From Acholeplasmataceae bacterium (lineage in GTDB: Bacteria > Bacillota_I > Bacilli_A > ML615J-28 > CAG-698), in the NCBI GenBank assembly GCA_012839485.1, contig DUNF01000030.1:1-39270 (forward strand): DNA of 39,270 nt, written 5' to 3'. Position numbers and translations under genes: made by a program. This document shows, piece after piece, positions 26,512 through 33,591 of this stretch. The first letter of the stretch is position 1. Every line of letters begins with the position of its first letter. Below the pieces are notes generated by a model, which saw only the letters and a program-made list of their open reading frames with translations, had not been told where the DNA came from and made no database searches.

Positions 26512-27284
26512 AAGAAGTAATTGTTGTTGAGAATTTGGTAAAGACGTTTAAACTTTCACCAAAACAAATGAAGACTTTAAAAACTAAAGATAAGAAAAAA
26601 GTTGCAGTTAATGATGTAAGTTTTACTACTTACGAAGGGGAAATCTTTGGTTTAGTTGGGCCTAATGGGGCAGGTAAAACTACAGCTCTTCGTTGTATCT
26701 CAACTTTAATTAAACCAGATTCTGGTAAAATCACAATTAAGGGAATTGATATTTCCGAAGAGCTAAAAATTAAAAAGAAACTAGCTTTTTTAACTAGTGA
26801 ATTGAAGTTAGAAGACAAGTTTTCCCCAAACTATTTATTTGATTATTATTCTAACTTACATGATGTACCTAAAGATATAGCAGCTGCAAGAAAGCAAGAT
26901 TTATTTACTCGTTTTGAAGTTAATGAATTTAGTGATACTAAAATAGGTGATTTATCTACGGGTATGAAACAAAAGGTTTCAGTTGCAATTAGTTTAGTTC
27001 ATCAACCAGATATCATTGTATTTGATGAACCAACTAATGGATTAGATGTTTATACTGCGAAGATTGTAACTGATTATTTATTGGAATTAAAAAAACAAGG
27101 CAAGTCAATAATTATAAGTACACATATTATGAGCCTTGTAGAAAAGTTATGTGATCGTGTTGGATTAATTTTTAATGGAAAAATGGTTATTTGCGATACA
27201 CTAGATAAAGTTTTAGACTCTGTTCCTTCACGAGATTTAGAAGAAGTATTTATTAAGTTATATCAAGAGGAGGGCGCACAATGA
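26508..27284 (+). CDS. ABC transporter ATP-binding protein (NatA-like, ABC-2 type exporter)
   Basis: Walker A GPNGAGKTT, signature LSTGMKQK and Walker B IIVFDEPTNGLD. The ATG at 26508 overlaps the miaB stop (ATGA) and follows AGGAG, so the ORF-track start at 26481 is probably too early. Confidence 0.88.
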   Translation: MKEVIVVENLVKTFKLSPKQMKTLKTKDKKKVAVNDVSFTTYEGEIFGLVGPNGAGKTTALRCISTLIKPDSGKITIKGIDISEELKIKKKLAFLTSELKLEDKFSPNYLFDYYSNLHDVPKDIAAARKQDLFTRFEVNEFSDTKIGDLSTGMKQKVSVAISLVHQPDIIVFDEPTNGLDVYTAKIVTDYLLELKKQGKSIIISTHIMSLVEKLCDRVGLIFNGKMVICDTLDKVLDSVPSRDLEEVFIKLYQEEGAQ

Positions 27285-28516
27285 AAAAGATGTGGGCAAT
27301 AGCTAAAAAAGACTTAGATAAAGTTTTTAAATTTCCTGGAACTTTATTTACTACTGTTTTACTACCTGGACTTATTTTCTTCTTAGTGTATACTTCAATA
27401 TCTGTAATTATTAATAGACAAATTGATAAAGAACAAGAGAAAGAGAAAATAGTTTATGTTTATGAAGCACCAACAGGGTTTATTGAATTTCAAACATATG
27501 CATCACAAAACCAGTTATTAGATTCTACACTTACATTTGTTTATTCTGACTATGAATATACAAGAACTGAGTTAGAGGCTAAAATGAAAGATGACGAACA
27601 TTATATAATTATTGTTTTTGATGAAGATTTTTATAATAAAGCGGTAGCTGTTACTAATGAAACACCAGCTGAAGACTTACCAAATGTTAAGATATTGTAT
27701 AATGATCAAAATGAGTTTATAGGACCAACAGCACAAGCTTTGTATTATTTTATGGCTGCTTATAAAAACTTTGTAGTTAATCAAGAATTAAGTAGTGTAG
27801 GTAAGACAACAGAGATCTTTACTTATAAAATGGAAAGTATTTTAGATGAAGTTACTCAAAACACAATGATACTTGCTATGATGTTACCAATGATGTTAAT
27901 GATTATTATTTTCTCTGGAACATTGGGTATTGGTGTTGATGCAATAGCAGGAGAAAAAGAAAGAGGAACTTTAGCTTCATTGTTAATGATGCCAGTTCGT
28001 AGGGAACAAATTATTATAGGTAAGATGTTATCAACTAGTATTTTATCATTACTTGTAGCAGCATCTTCATTTATTGGTATGCTATCAAGTACTTTAGTTG
28101 GTGGCGAAAACATGTTTGGTATTGATTTAACAGCAGAGTTAGGGTATGGTTTTGGTGATTATATGATGTTATTACTTATCTTAATTGTTATTGCTTTTAC
28201 AGTATCAATTTTAGTTTTAATTTGTTCAACATTAGGAAAGAATCCACAACAAGCTGCAAGTTATGCAATGCCTTTATATATCGTTTGTATTATGCTAGGA
28301 ATTGCTGCATCATCAACAGATTTAGGTTTAGGGTTTGGAAAATATTTTGTACCTATCTTTAATTTAAATGTTTTATTAAGTGATTTGATTTCATTTAAAT
28401 TAACAGTTGGAAATGTGCTTGCAACTGTCGGTTCATCAATAGTCTTTATTGGTGTAATTGTAGTGTTACTTGTAAGAGCGTTTAGAAGTGAACGAATCCT
28501 ATTTGACAAACAATAA
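27281..28516 (+). CDS. ABC-2 type transporter permease (NatB-like)
   Basis: One N-terminal TM helix, a ~150-aa extracytoplasmic loop, then 5 TM helices including GEKERGTLASLLMMPV, typical of NatB-like ABC-2 permeases. The start overlaps the ATPase stop (ATGA). Confidence 0.75.
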   Translation: MKKMWAIAKKDLDKVFKFPGTLFTTVLLPGLIFFLVYTSISVIINRQIDKEQEKEKIVYVYEAPTGFIEFQTYASQNQLLDSTLTFVYSDYEYTRTELEAKMKDDEHYIIIVFDEDFYNKAVAVTNETPAEDLPNVKILYNDQNEFIGPTAQALYYFMAAYKNFVVNQELSSVGKTTEIFTYKMESILDEVTQNTMILAMMLPMMLMIIIFSGTLGIGVDAIAGEKERGTLASLLMMPVRREQIIIGKMLSTSILSLLVAASSFIGMLSSTLVGGENMFGIDLTAELGYGFGDYMMLLLILIVIAFTVSILVLICSTLGKNPQQAASYAMPLYIVCIMLGIAASSTDLGLGFGKYFVPIFNLNVLLSDLISFKLTVGNVLATVGSSIVFIGVIVVLLVRAFRSERILFDKQ

Positions 28517-28531
28517 AAAATAATGTATAAT
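28503..28531 (+). promoter_or_regulatory. Consensus sigma-A promoter for the FMN riboswitch/ribU transcript
   Basis: -35 TTGACA (28503-28508), exactly 17 nt, -10 TATAAT (28526-28531). It overlaps the last codons of the ABC permease. Confidence 0.72.
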
Positions 28532-28544
28532 AATCTATATGAAT

Positions 28545-28665
28545 AAATCTTCAGGGCAGGGTGCAATTCCCGACCGGTGGTAAAAGTCCACGAGTTTCTA
28601 GCTTAGAGACACGATTTGGTGCGATTCCAAAACCGATAGTAATAGTCTAGATAAAAGAAGAGTCT
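28545..28665 (+). promoter_or_regulatory. FMN riboswitch (RFN element) aptamer
   Basis: Conserved core AGGGCAGGGTGCAATTCCCGACCGGTGGTA...AGTCCACGAG...GATTTGGTGCGATTCCAAAACCGATAGT..AGTCTAGAT. P1 pairs TCTTC (28548-28552) with GAAGA (28657-28661). Confidence 0.9.
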
Positions 28666-28687
28666 ATTTAGTTAGATTGATTTTTTG

Positions 28688-28713
28688 CTCGTGAGGATTT
28701 TCACGAGTTTTTT
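28688..28713 (+). terminator. FMN riboswitch expression-platform terminator
   Basis: Hairpin CTCGTGA-GGATTT-TCACGAG followed by TTTTTT, immediately before the RBS GGAGG and the ATG at 28726. Confidence 0.78.
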
Positions 28714-28725
28714 ATTGGAGGTAAC

Positions 28726-29496
28726 ATGCATCAAACTCTAAAAATTATTTTAATCAGTGTATCAATTGCTTTACTAGTGGCATTAATTATTAGAGCTTTG
28801 ATTAAAAACAAAAAAGAAAAAGAAAAGCCAAGTTTGGGTAAAAGAAGAAATCAACTAAGAATAATGATTTTGATTGCTATTTTTAGTTCGTTTTCAGTAA
28901 TAGCATATCAGCTTAATTTTTCTTTACCTATTTTTCCCTCATTTTTAAAAATTCATTTTTCTAACTTACCGATTTTAATAGGTGGGTTTACTTTAGGTCC
29001 AATGTCAGGTATTGGAATGTTGCTTTTAAGATTTTTATTTGGAATTATAACAACTAAGTCAGCATACGTAGGGGAGATAACAGATTTAATTATTGGCTTT
29101 GCTTCAGTTATTCCGGCTGCAATTATTTATAAAAAATATAGAACAAAAAAAGGAGCTGGAATCTCTTTAATCGTAAGTACTATTGTTTGGGTAGTAACAG
29201 CTGTTTTTATTAATTATATTTTTGTTATTCCAGCATATATTAAATTATATTTTAATGGTGATGTAGAGACATTTGTTCAAACGATTAGTGTAATTCCTGG
29301 TGTGAATGAAAATAATTATATGGGTAGATATTTACTTTTTGCCACATTACCATTTAATTTACTTTTATCAATAACGATAAACATTATTACTTTCTTAGTT
29401 TATAAGAGGATTTCACCACTAGTACACGAGTTTACAGAAAAAGAAGTTTTGGAAGTAGCAGAGAAAACTGAAGAACAAAAAAACATATCAGAATAA
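28726..29496 (+). CDS. ribU: Riboflavin transporter RibU (ECF-transporter S component) with an extra N-terminal TM segment
   Basis: From aa ~43 the sequence follows B. subtilis RibU/YpaA (IAIFSSFSVIAYQLNFSLPIFPSFLKIHFSNLPILIGGFTLGP...VIPAYIKLYF...LPFNLL). It is preceded by an FMN riboswitch. Confidence 0.87.
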   Translation: MHQTLKIILISVSIALLVALIIRALIKNKKEKEKPSLGKRRNQLRIMILIAIFSSFSVIAYQLNFSLPIFPSFLKIHFSNLPILIGGFTLGPMSGIGMLLLRFLFGIITTKSAYVGEITDLIIGFASVIPAAIIYKKYRTKKGAGISLIVSTIVWVVTAVFINYIFVIPAYIKLYFNGDVETFVQTISVIPGVNENNYMGRYLLFATLPFNLLLSITINIITFLVYKRISPLVHEFTEKEVLEVAEKTEEQKNISE

Positions 29497-29511
29497 ACTG
29501 ATATGTTTTTT
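29477..29511. terminator. Bidirectional terminator shared by ribU (+) and the ktrBA-lipoprotein operon (-)
   Basis: An 11-bp hairpin AAACATATCAG-AATAAA-CTGATATGTTT is flanked by A- and T-runs. The ribU stop codon lies in the loop. Confidence 0.75.
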
Positions 29512-29514
29512 AAT

Positions 29515-29961
29515 TTATCTATATTTCATGACAATAGGCCCCCAAACAGTACCAGATGGTGCTGTTGTGCCTCTTTCAAGCCTCATGTGTAACTCTTTAC
29601 CTACAAAGACATACACTTCTTTACCCCATTGTTTTTCCAAACTTTTTTTGATCTCGCTGTCGTAACTAAAAGTTAATTTACCTTCTTCTTCTTCAAAAGT
29701 ACCAGTATGAATTTCATCTGATGCTCCATCTTTAAATTTACCTACTCTTTTAAAAGTGTGGTCTTGATAATTTAAGTATAACTTGATTTCCTTATATGTG
29801 CTTGCAAACATATCTAAAGTTACAAATTTGCTAGTGTTTTTGTATTTAACTGATTCTGTATATTCATAACAAGTATAAGTCTTTTTATCGCTTGAACAAG
29901 AACAAGATGTTAGTAAAAATACACCTAATAATAAAACAAAGATTAAAAATAATTTCTTCAT
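29515..29961 (-). CDS. Small lipoprotein of unknown function
   Basis: Signal peptide plus lipobox MKKLFLIFVLLLGVFLLTSC. The ATG at 29961 lies 1 nt after the ktrA stop and follows GAAAGGGA. The ORF-track start at 29976 would overlap ktrA. Confidence 0.7.
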   Translation of the reverse strand: MKKLFLIFVLLLGVFLLTSCSCSSDKKTYTCYEYTESVKYKNTSKFVTLDMFASTYKEIKLYLNYQDHTFKRVGKFKDGASDEIHTGTFEEEEGKLTFSYDSEIKKSLEKQWGKEVYVFVGKELHMRLERGTTAPSGTVWGPIVMKYR

Positions 29962-29962
29962 A

Positions 29963-30625
29963 TTATTCCCTTTCATTTATGTGTTGATCGAATTTATGAA
30001 TGTTTTTCTTTGTTCCTAAAACAAATATTTCATCGCCTGGTAGAATTGAATCATCCCCAGTAGGTGAAAAATGTTTGTTTTCTCTTTTAATTAAAAGTAA
30101 GTTAATTCCAAAAACATTTCTAGCATTTAATGCTTTTAGTTTAACTGGTTTAATTGTCATGTTGACTGATAATTGGACAACAACATATTCTTCAGATAAG
30201 TTGAAGTAATTTGTAAAGCTATCAGATACTAATTTGTTAGCAAGTTGAATGCCAGCAATTTTTTGAGGAATGATGATGTCTGTTGCTCCAATTCTTTGCA
30301 TAACAGAAGCATATTTCTCATCATCAATTCTTACAGTAATTTTTTCAACACCCATTTCTTTTAGGGTAATGACAGTAATTAGGCTTGCTTGAAAGTTTGA
30401 ACCAAAAGCTACAACAGCATGATCAACATTTTCAATTCCAATTTCTCTTAAAGCATCTTCGTTTGTAGAGTCGCAAATAAAGGCATTTTCTACAAACTCT
30501 CCAGCTTTTTGCACACTAGCACCATTGATATCAATTGCAATAATATCAACATTTAATTTGTTTAATTCTTCTACAAGACCTAAGCCAAAGCGACCTAAGC
30601 CTAAAACAGCAATAGTTTTTTTCAT
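29963..30625 (-). CDS. ktrA: K+ uptake system peripheral regulatory subunit KtrA/TrkA (RCK_N plus RCK_C)
   Basis: Rossmann motif IAVLGLGRFGLGL, 220 aa, C-terminal RCK_C-like segment (ILPGDEIFVLG). Immediately downstream of ktrB. Confidence 0.88.
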   Translation of the reverse strand: MKKTIAVLGLGRFGLGLVEELNKLNVDIIAIDINGASVQKAGEFVENAFICDSTNEDALREIGIENVDHAVVAFGSNFQASLITVITLKEMGVEKITVRIDDEKYASVMQRIGATDIIIPQKIAGIQLANKLVSDSFTNYFNLSEEYVVVQLSVNMTIKPVKLKALNARNVFGINLLLIKRENKHFSPTGDDSILPGDEIFVLGTKKNIHKFDQHINERE

Positions 30626-30636
30626 TTTTATATCTC

Positions 30637-31968
30637 CTAACCAATAATGATATTTTCTTCTAAATATGATACAGGTTCTGTACCCTCTTTATTCCAGCGT
30701 CTATTTAATAAACTGATAATTGTGATTGGTCCTAAACGACCGATAAGCATTGTAGCTGAAATTAATATTTTACTAACCCAATGTAATGTAGGTGTAATAC
30801 CTTCTGAGTTTCCTACGGTTGAAAAAGCTGACAATGTTTCAAACATAATTTTAATTAAATCGGCATCTTCGCTTGCAGTATTTAATTGTTCAATAACTGA
30901 AACAAACAAAACAATCATTGCTAGATAAACAATTGAAAGTACAATTAAGACAAAAGCTTTAGAAACTGAAGTTTTTGAAATTTCTCGATTATGAGTAATT
31001 GGTCTTGTTCCTCTTGCGAAAGAACCAATATATTTTGTAGCAGTAAAGAAAGTCGTTGTCTTAATACCTCCACCAGTACCGGCAGGGGATGCTCCTATGT
31101 ACATCAAGAAACAAAAGATTAAAGCACCAGGAAGTGAAATTTTTGAAAAATCATAAGTACTAAATCCTGCTGTTCTAGCAGTTGCACTTTGGAATGCTGC
31201 TTGTAACCAAGTCATTGCACTACCTTCAGTGATTTTCAATAACACAGTACCAAGGACTAGTAGTAATAAGGTCATTTTTAAAACAATTTTTGTATGAATA
31301 GATAATCTTTTTGTTTTAGGATATAAGAAGATTTCATAAATTACTATAAATCCGATTCCTCCTAAAATGATTAAAGCCATAGTATTTAAATTTAATAGTA
31401 AATGACCTTTATATGGTATTAAAGAATTACTTCCGATAACATCTAAACCAGCATTATTAAATGCAGATCCTGCATGGAAGATACTAATCCAAATAGCTTT
31501 ATCAGTAGGAAAATCATTTCTAAAGATAAAGAAATTTCCAATAGCCCCTAATAGTTGAATACAAAAACTAATTAAGAAGGTAGCCCTAAGAAGTTTTAAA
31601 ATACCTTTTGTAGAGTCTAAGTTTAGTGATTCTCTTAACAAGAAACGGTCTGCTTGATTAATTCTTAATCCTAAAAGATATAATACAAACATTGAAATGT
31701 TTACAAATCCTAAGCCACCAATCTCAATTAAGACATATATTACTATTTGACCAAACAAAGTATAGGTATCAGCAATTGAAGTTGTAGTTGAGACTAACCC
31801 TGTAACGCAGACAGAGGAAGAAGACATAAACAACGCATCTACAAATCCAAGCCTAATTCCTTCTTTTGTTGCAAAAGGCAGTAATAAAAGAATTGTACCA
31901 ATTAAAATTACTGAAACAAAACTTATTATAATTATTAAAAATGGTGAAATCTTTTTCTTTTTTTCCAT
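30637..31968 (-). CDS. ktrB: K+ transporter membrane subunit KtrB/TrkH family
   Basis: Polytopic protein with repeated pore-loop-like segments (SSSVCVTGL, AFNNAGLD, RTAGFST, STVGNS). The ORF-track start (32022) lies inside the promoter, and the ATG at 31968 follows GAGGA. Confidence 0.88.
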   Translation of the reverse strand: MEKKKKISPFLIIIISFVSVILIGTILLLLPFATKEGIRLGFVDALFMSSSSVCVTGLVSTTTSIADTYTLFGQIVIYVLIEIGGLGFVNISMFVLYLLGLRINQADRFLLRESLNLDSTKGILKLLRATFLISFCIQLLGAIGNFFIFRNDFPTDKAIWISIFHAGSAFNNAGLDVIGSNSLIPYKGHLLLNLNTMALIILGGIGFIVIYEIFLYPKTKRLSIHTKIVLKMTLLLLVLGTVLLKITEGSAMTWLQAAFQSATARTAGFSTYDFSKISLPGALIFCFLMYIGASPAGTGGGIKTTTFFTATKYIGSFARGTRPITHNREISKTSVSKAFVLIVLSIVYLAMIVLFVSVIEQLNTASEDADLIKIMFETLSAFSTVGNSEGITPTLHWVSKILISATMLIGRLGPITIISLLNRRWNKEGTEPVSYLEENIIIG

Positions 31969-31993
31969 CTTTTTATCCTCTATTATGGTAAAT

Positions 31994-32022
31994 ATTATAA
32001 CACTATCTGCTATATTTGTCAA
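31994..32022 (-). promoter_or_regulatory. Consensus sigma-A promoter of the ktrB-ktrA-lipoprotein operon
   Basis: On the minus strand: -35 TTGACA (32017-32022), 17-nt spacer, -10 TATAAT (31994-31999). This leaves a leader of only about 20 nt. Confidence 0.72.
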
Positions 32023-32050
32023 TTTAGGATTTATAAGGTGATTGTAAAAT

Positions 32051-32081
32051 GAAAAAAGAACTTGGTATTGCCAAGTTCTTT
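32051..32081 (-). terminator. Intrinsic terminator after the ArsB/NhaD-type permease gene
   Basis: On the minus strand: hairpin AGAACTTGG-CAATA-CCAAGTTCT followed by TTTTTT. Confidence 0.78.
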
Positions 32082-32092
32082 ATATTATATTT

Positions 32093-33478
32093 TTATAGTC
32101 CCCAAATTACGAAGCACAGTATCCAGCCAGTTAATACGGCAACTAAAGTGAATGGAACACTGATTTTCATGAAAGTACTTGTTTTAACTTCATAGCCTTC
32201 TCGACGTAACATTCCAATACCTGTAATATTTGCACTGGCACCAACTGGTGTAATGTTACCACCTAAAGTAGCACCGATTAATAAACCAAAGTATAATAGA
32301 TATGCTTTATTATCTCCAGGAGCTAAACCTAAACCTGGAAGTAAAGCAGTAATTACAGGTAGCATTGTCATAACATAAGGTATGTTATCTACGAAAGCTG
32401 AAATGATTACCGAGATAAATACGATAATTGTATATAAAACGAAGATTGTTGCATTAGGACTCATATTTAAACTATTAGCGATACTATTGAATGCTTCTCC
32501 AATTTTACCAATAATACCTAAAGCACCTAAACCACCAACTACGATAAACAAACCAAATAATAAAATTAATGTTTCAAAATCCAAAGATTTAACAGCTTCT
32601 TTAGTAACTTCTTTCTTATCATCTTTAGTTTTAATAAGTTTTCTAATAAAACCAATTAAGAAGATTGTGATGCAAATAATACCATTTTTCATACTATCTA
32701 ACCAAGGAACTGGAATAGTAAAGAAAGATGCGATAATTAAAGCTACGATAATTCCTAATAATAAGAATGAAGGAACATAATCTGTAACTTTAGTTTTTTC
32801 TACTTGTTCTAAAGGTTGAGTATATTTTCTAAATACAAATAATAAAACGAATGCTGATGCAAGAGCCCCTGCTTGAACGATGAAGAATAGGTTAGGTCTT
32901 CCATGCATCCAGAAGAAGTCTACAAAGTTCATTCCTGTTTCTTGACCTAGTAGAATAGATGTAGTATCTCCTACTAAAGTTGCAGCACCTTGTAAGTTTG
33001 ATGAAATTGCAATTGCGATAATACTTGGTACTGGATTAATTTTTAACTTCTTACATACTGTTAAGGCTACAGGTGCAACCATTAGCACTGTAGCTACGTT
33101 ATCAATGAACGCAGAAACTAAACCAGAAAATAAAGATAAACCTACAATTGCCCATTTTACATTCGGCACTTTATTGATAATTACATCGGCCATTAAGCTT
33201 GGCATCTTTGATTCAATAAAGAAGGCGACGACTCCCATAGTACCTGCTATCATCAAGAGTACGTTCCAAGAGCTAAAGTCGGTAAAGGCTTGAACTCCTG
33301 TTGCATTTACAGCTTCCCAAAATGTATGATCTTGATTTGTACTAAAGTTAACTATCATCAAGATTATAAATATTATTGCAGCTCCACTTGTAATATAAGG
33401 TCTTTTCTCACTAAACACTAACATTAATGCATACATAATTAAAAACAGCACTAATGCGATAATCTGAATAACATTCAT
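32093..33478 (-). CDS. ArsB/NhaD-superfamily (CitMHS/YbiR-like) ion permease
   Basis: 461 aa with ~12 TM helices. The two-fold repeat architecture and Gly/Ala-rich helices are typical of this anion-permease superfamily. Substrate unknown. Confidence 0.65.
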   Translation of the reverse strand: MNVIQIIALVLFLIMYALMLVFSEKRPYITSGAAIIFIILMIVNFSTNQDHTFWEAVNATGVQAFTDFSSWNVLLMIAGTMGVVAFFIESKMPSLMADVIINKVPNVKWAIVGLSLFSGLVSAFIDNVATVLMVAPVALTVCKKLKINPVPSIIAIAISSNLQGAATLVGDTTSILLGQETGMNFVDFFWMHGRPNLFFIVQAGALASAFVLLFVFRKYTQPLEQVEKTKVTDYVPSFLLLGIIVALIIASFFTIPVPWLDSMKNGIICITIFLIGFIRKLIKTKDDKKEVTKEAVKSLDFETLILLFGLFIVVGGLGALGIIGKIGEAFNSIANSLNMSPNATIFVLYTIIVFISVIISAFVDNIPYVMTMLPVITALLPGLGLAPGDNKAYLLYFGLLIGATLGGNITPVGASANITGIGMLRREGYEVKTSTFMKISVPFTLVAVLTGWILCFVIWGL

Positions 33479-33564
33479 TATAAAACCTCCAATATGTTAT
33501 CATTATACACCATAAATCTTAAAAATACCAAAACTTTTTAAAATAATAGTAAATTAAGCTAAAA

Positions 33565-33575
33565 TATGGTAGAAT
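33565..33575 (+). promoter_or_regulatory. Candidate extended -10 promoter of the polA operon
   Basis: TATGgTAGAAT (TRTG -16 motif plus -10), 17 nt upstream of the polA ATG and its AAGGTGA RBS. Confidence 0.45.
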
Positions 33576-33591
33576 AGAATAAGGTGATTTT

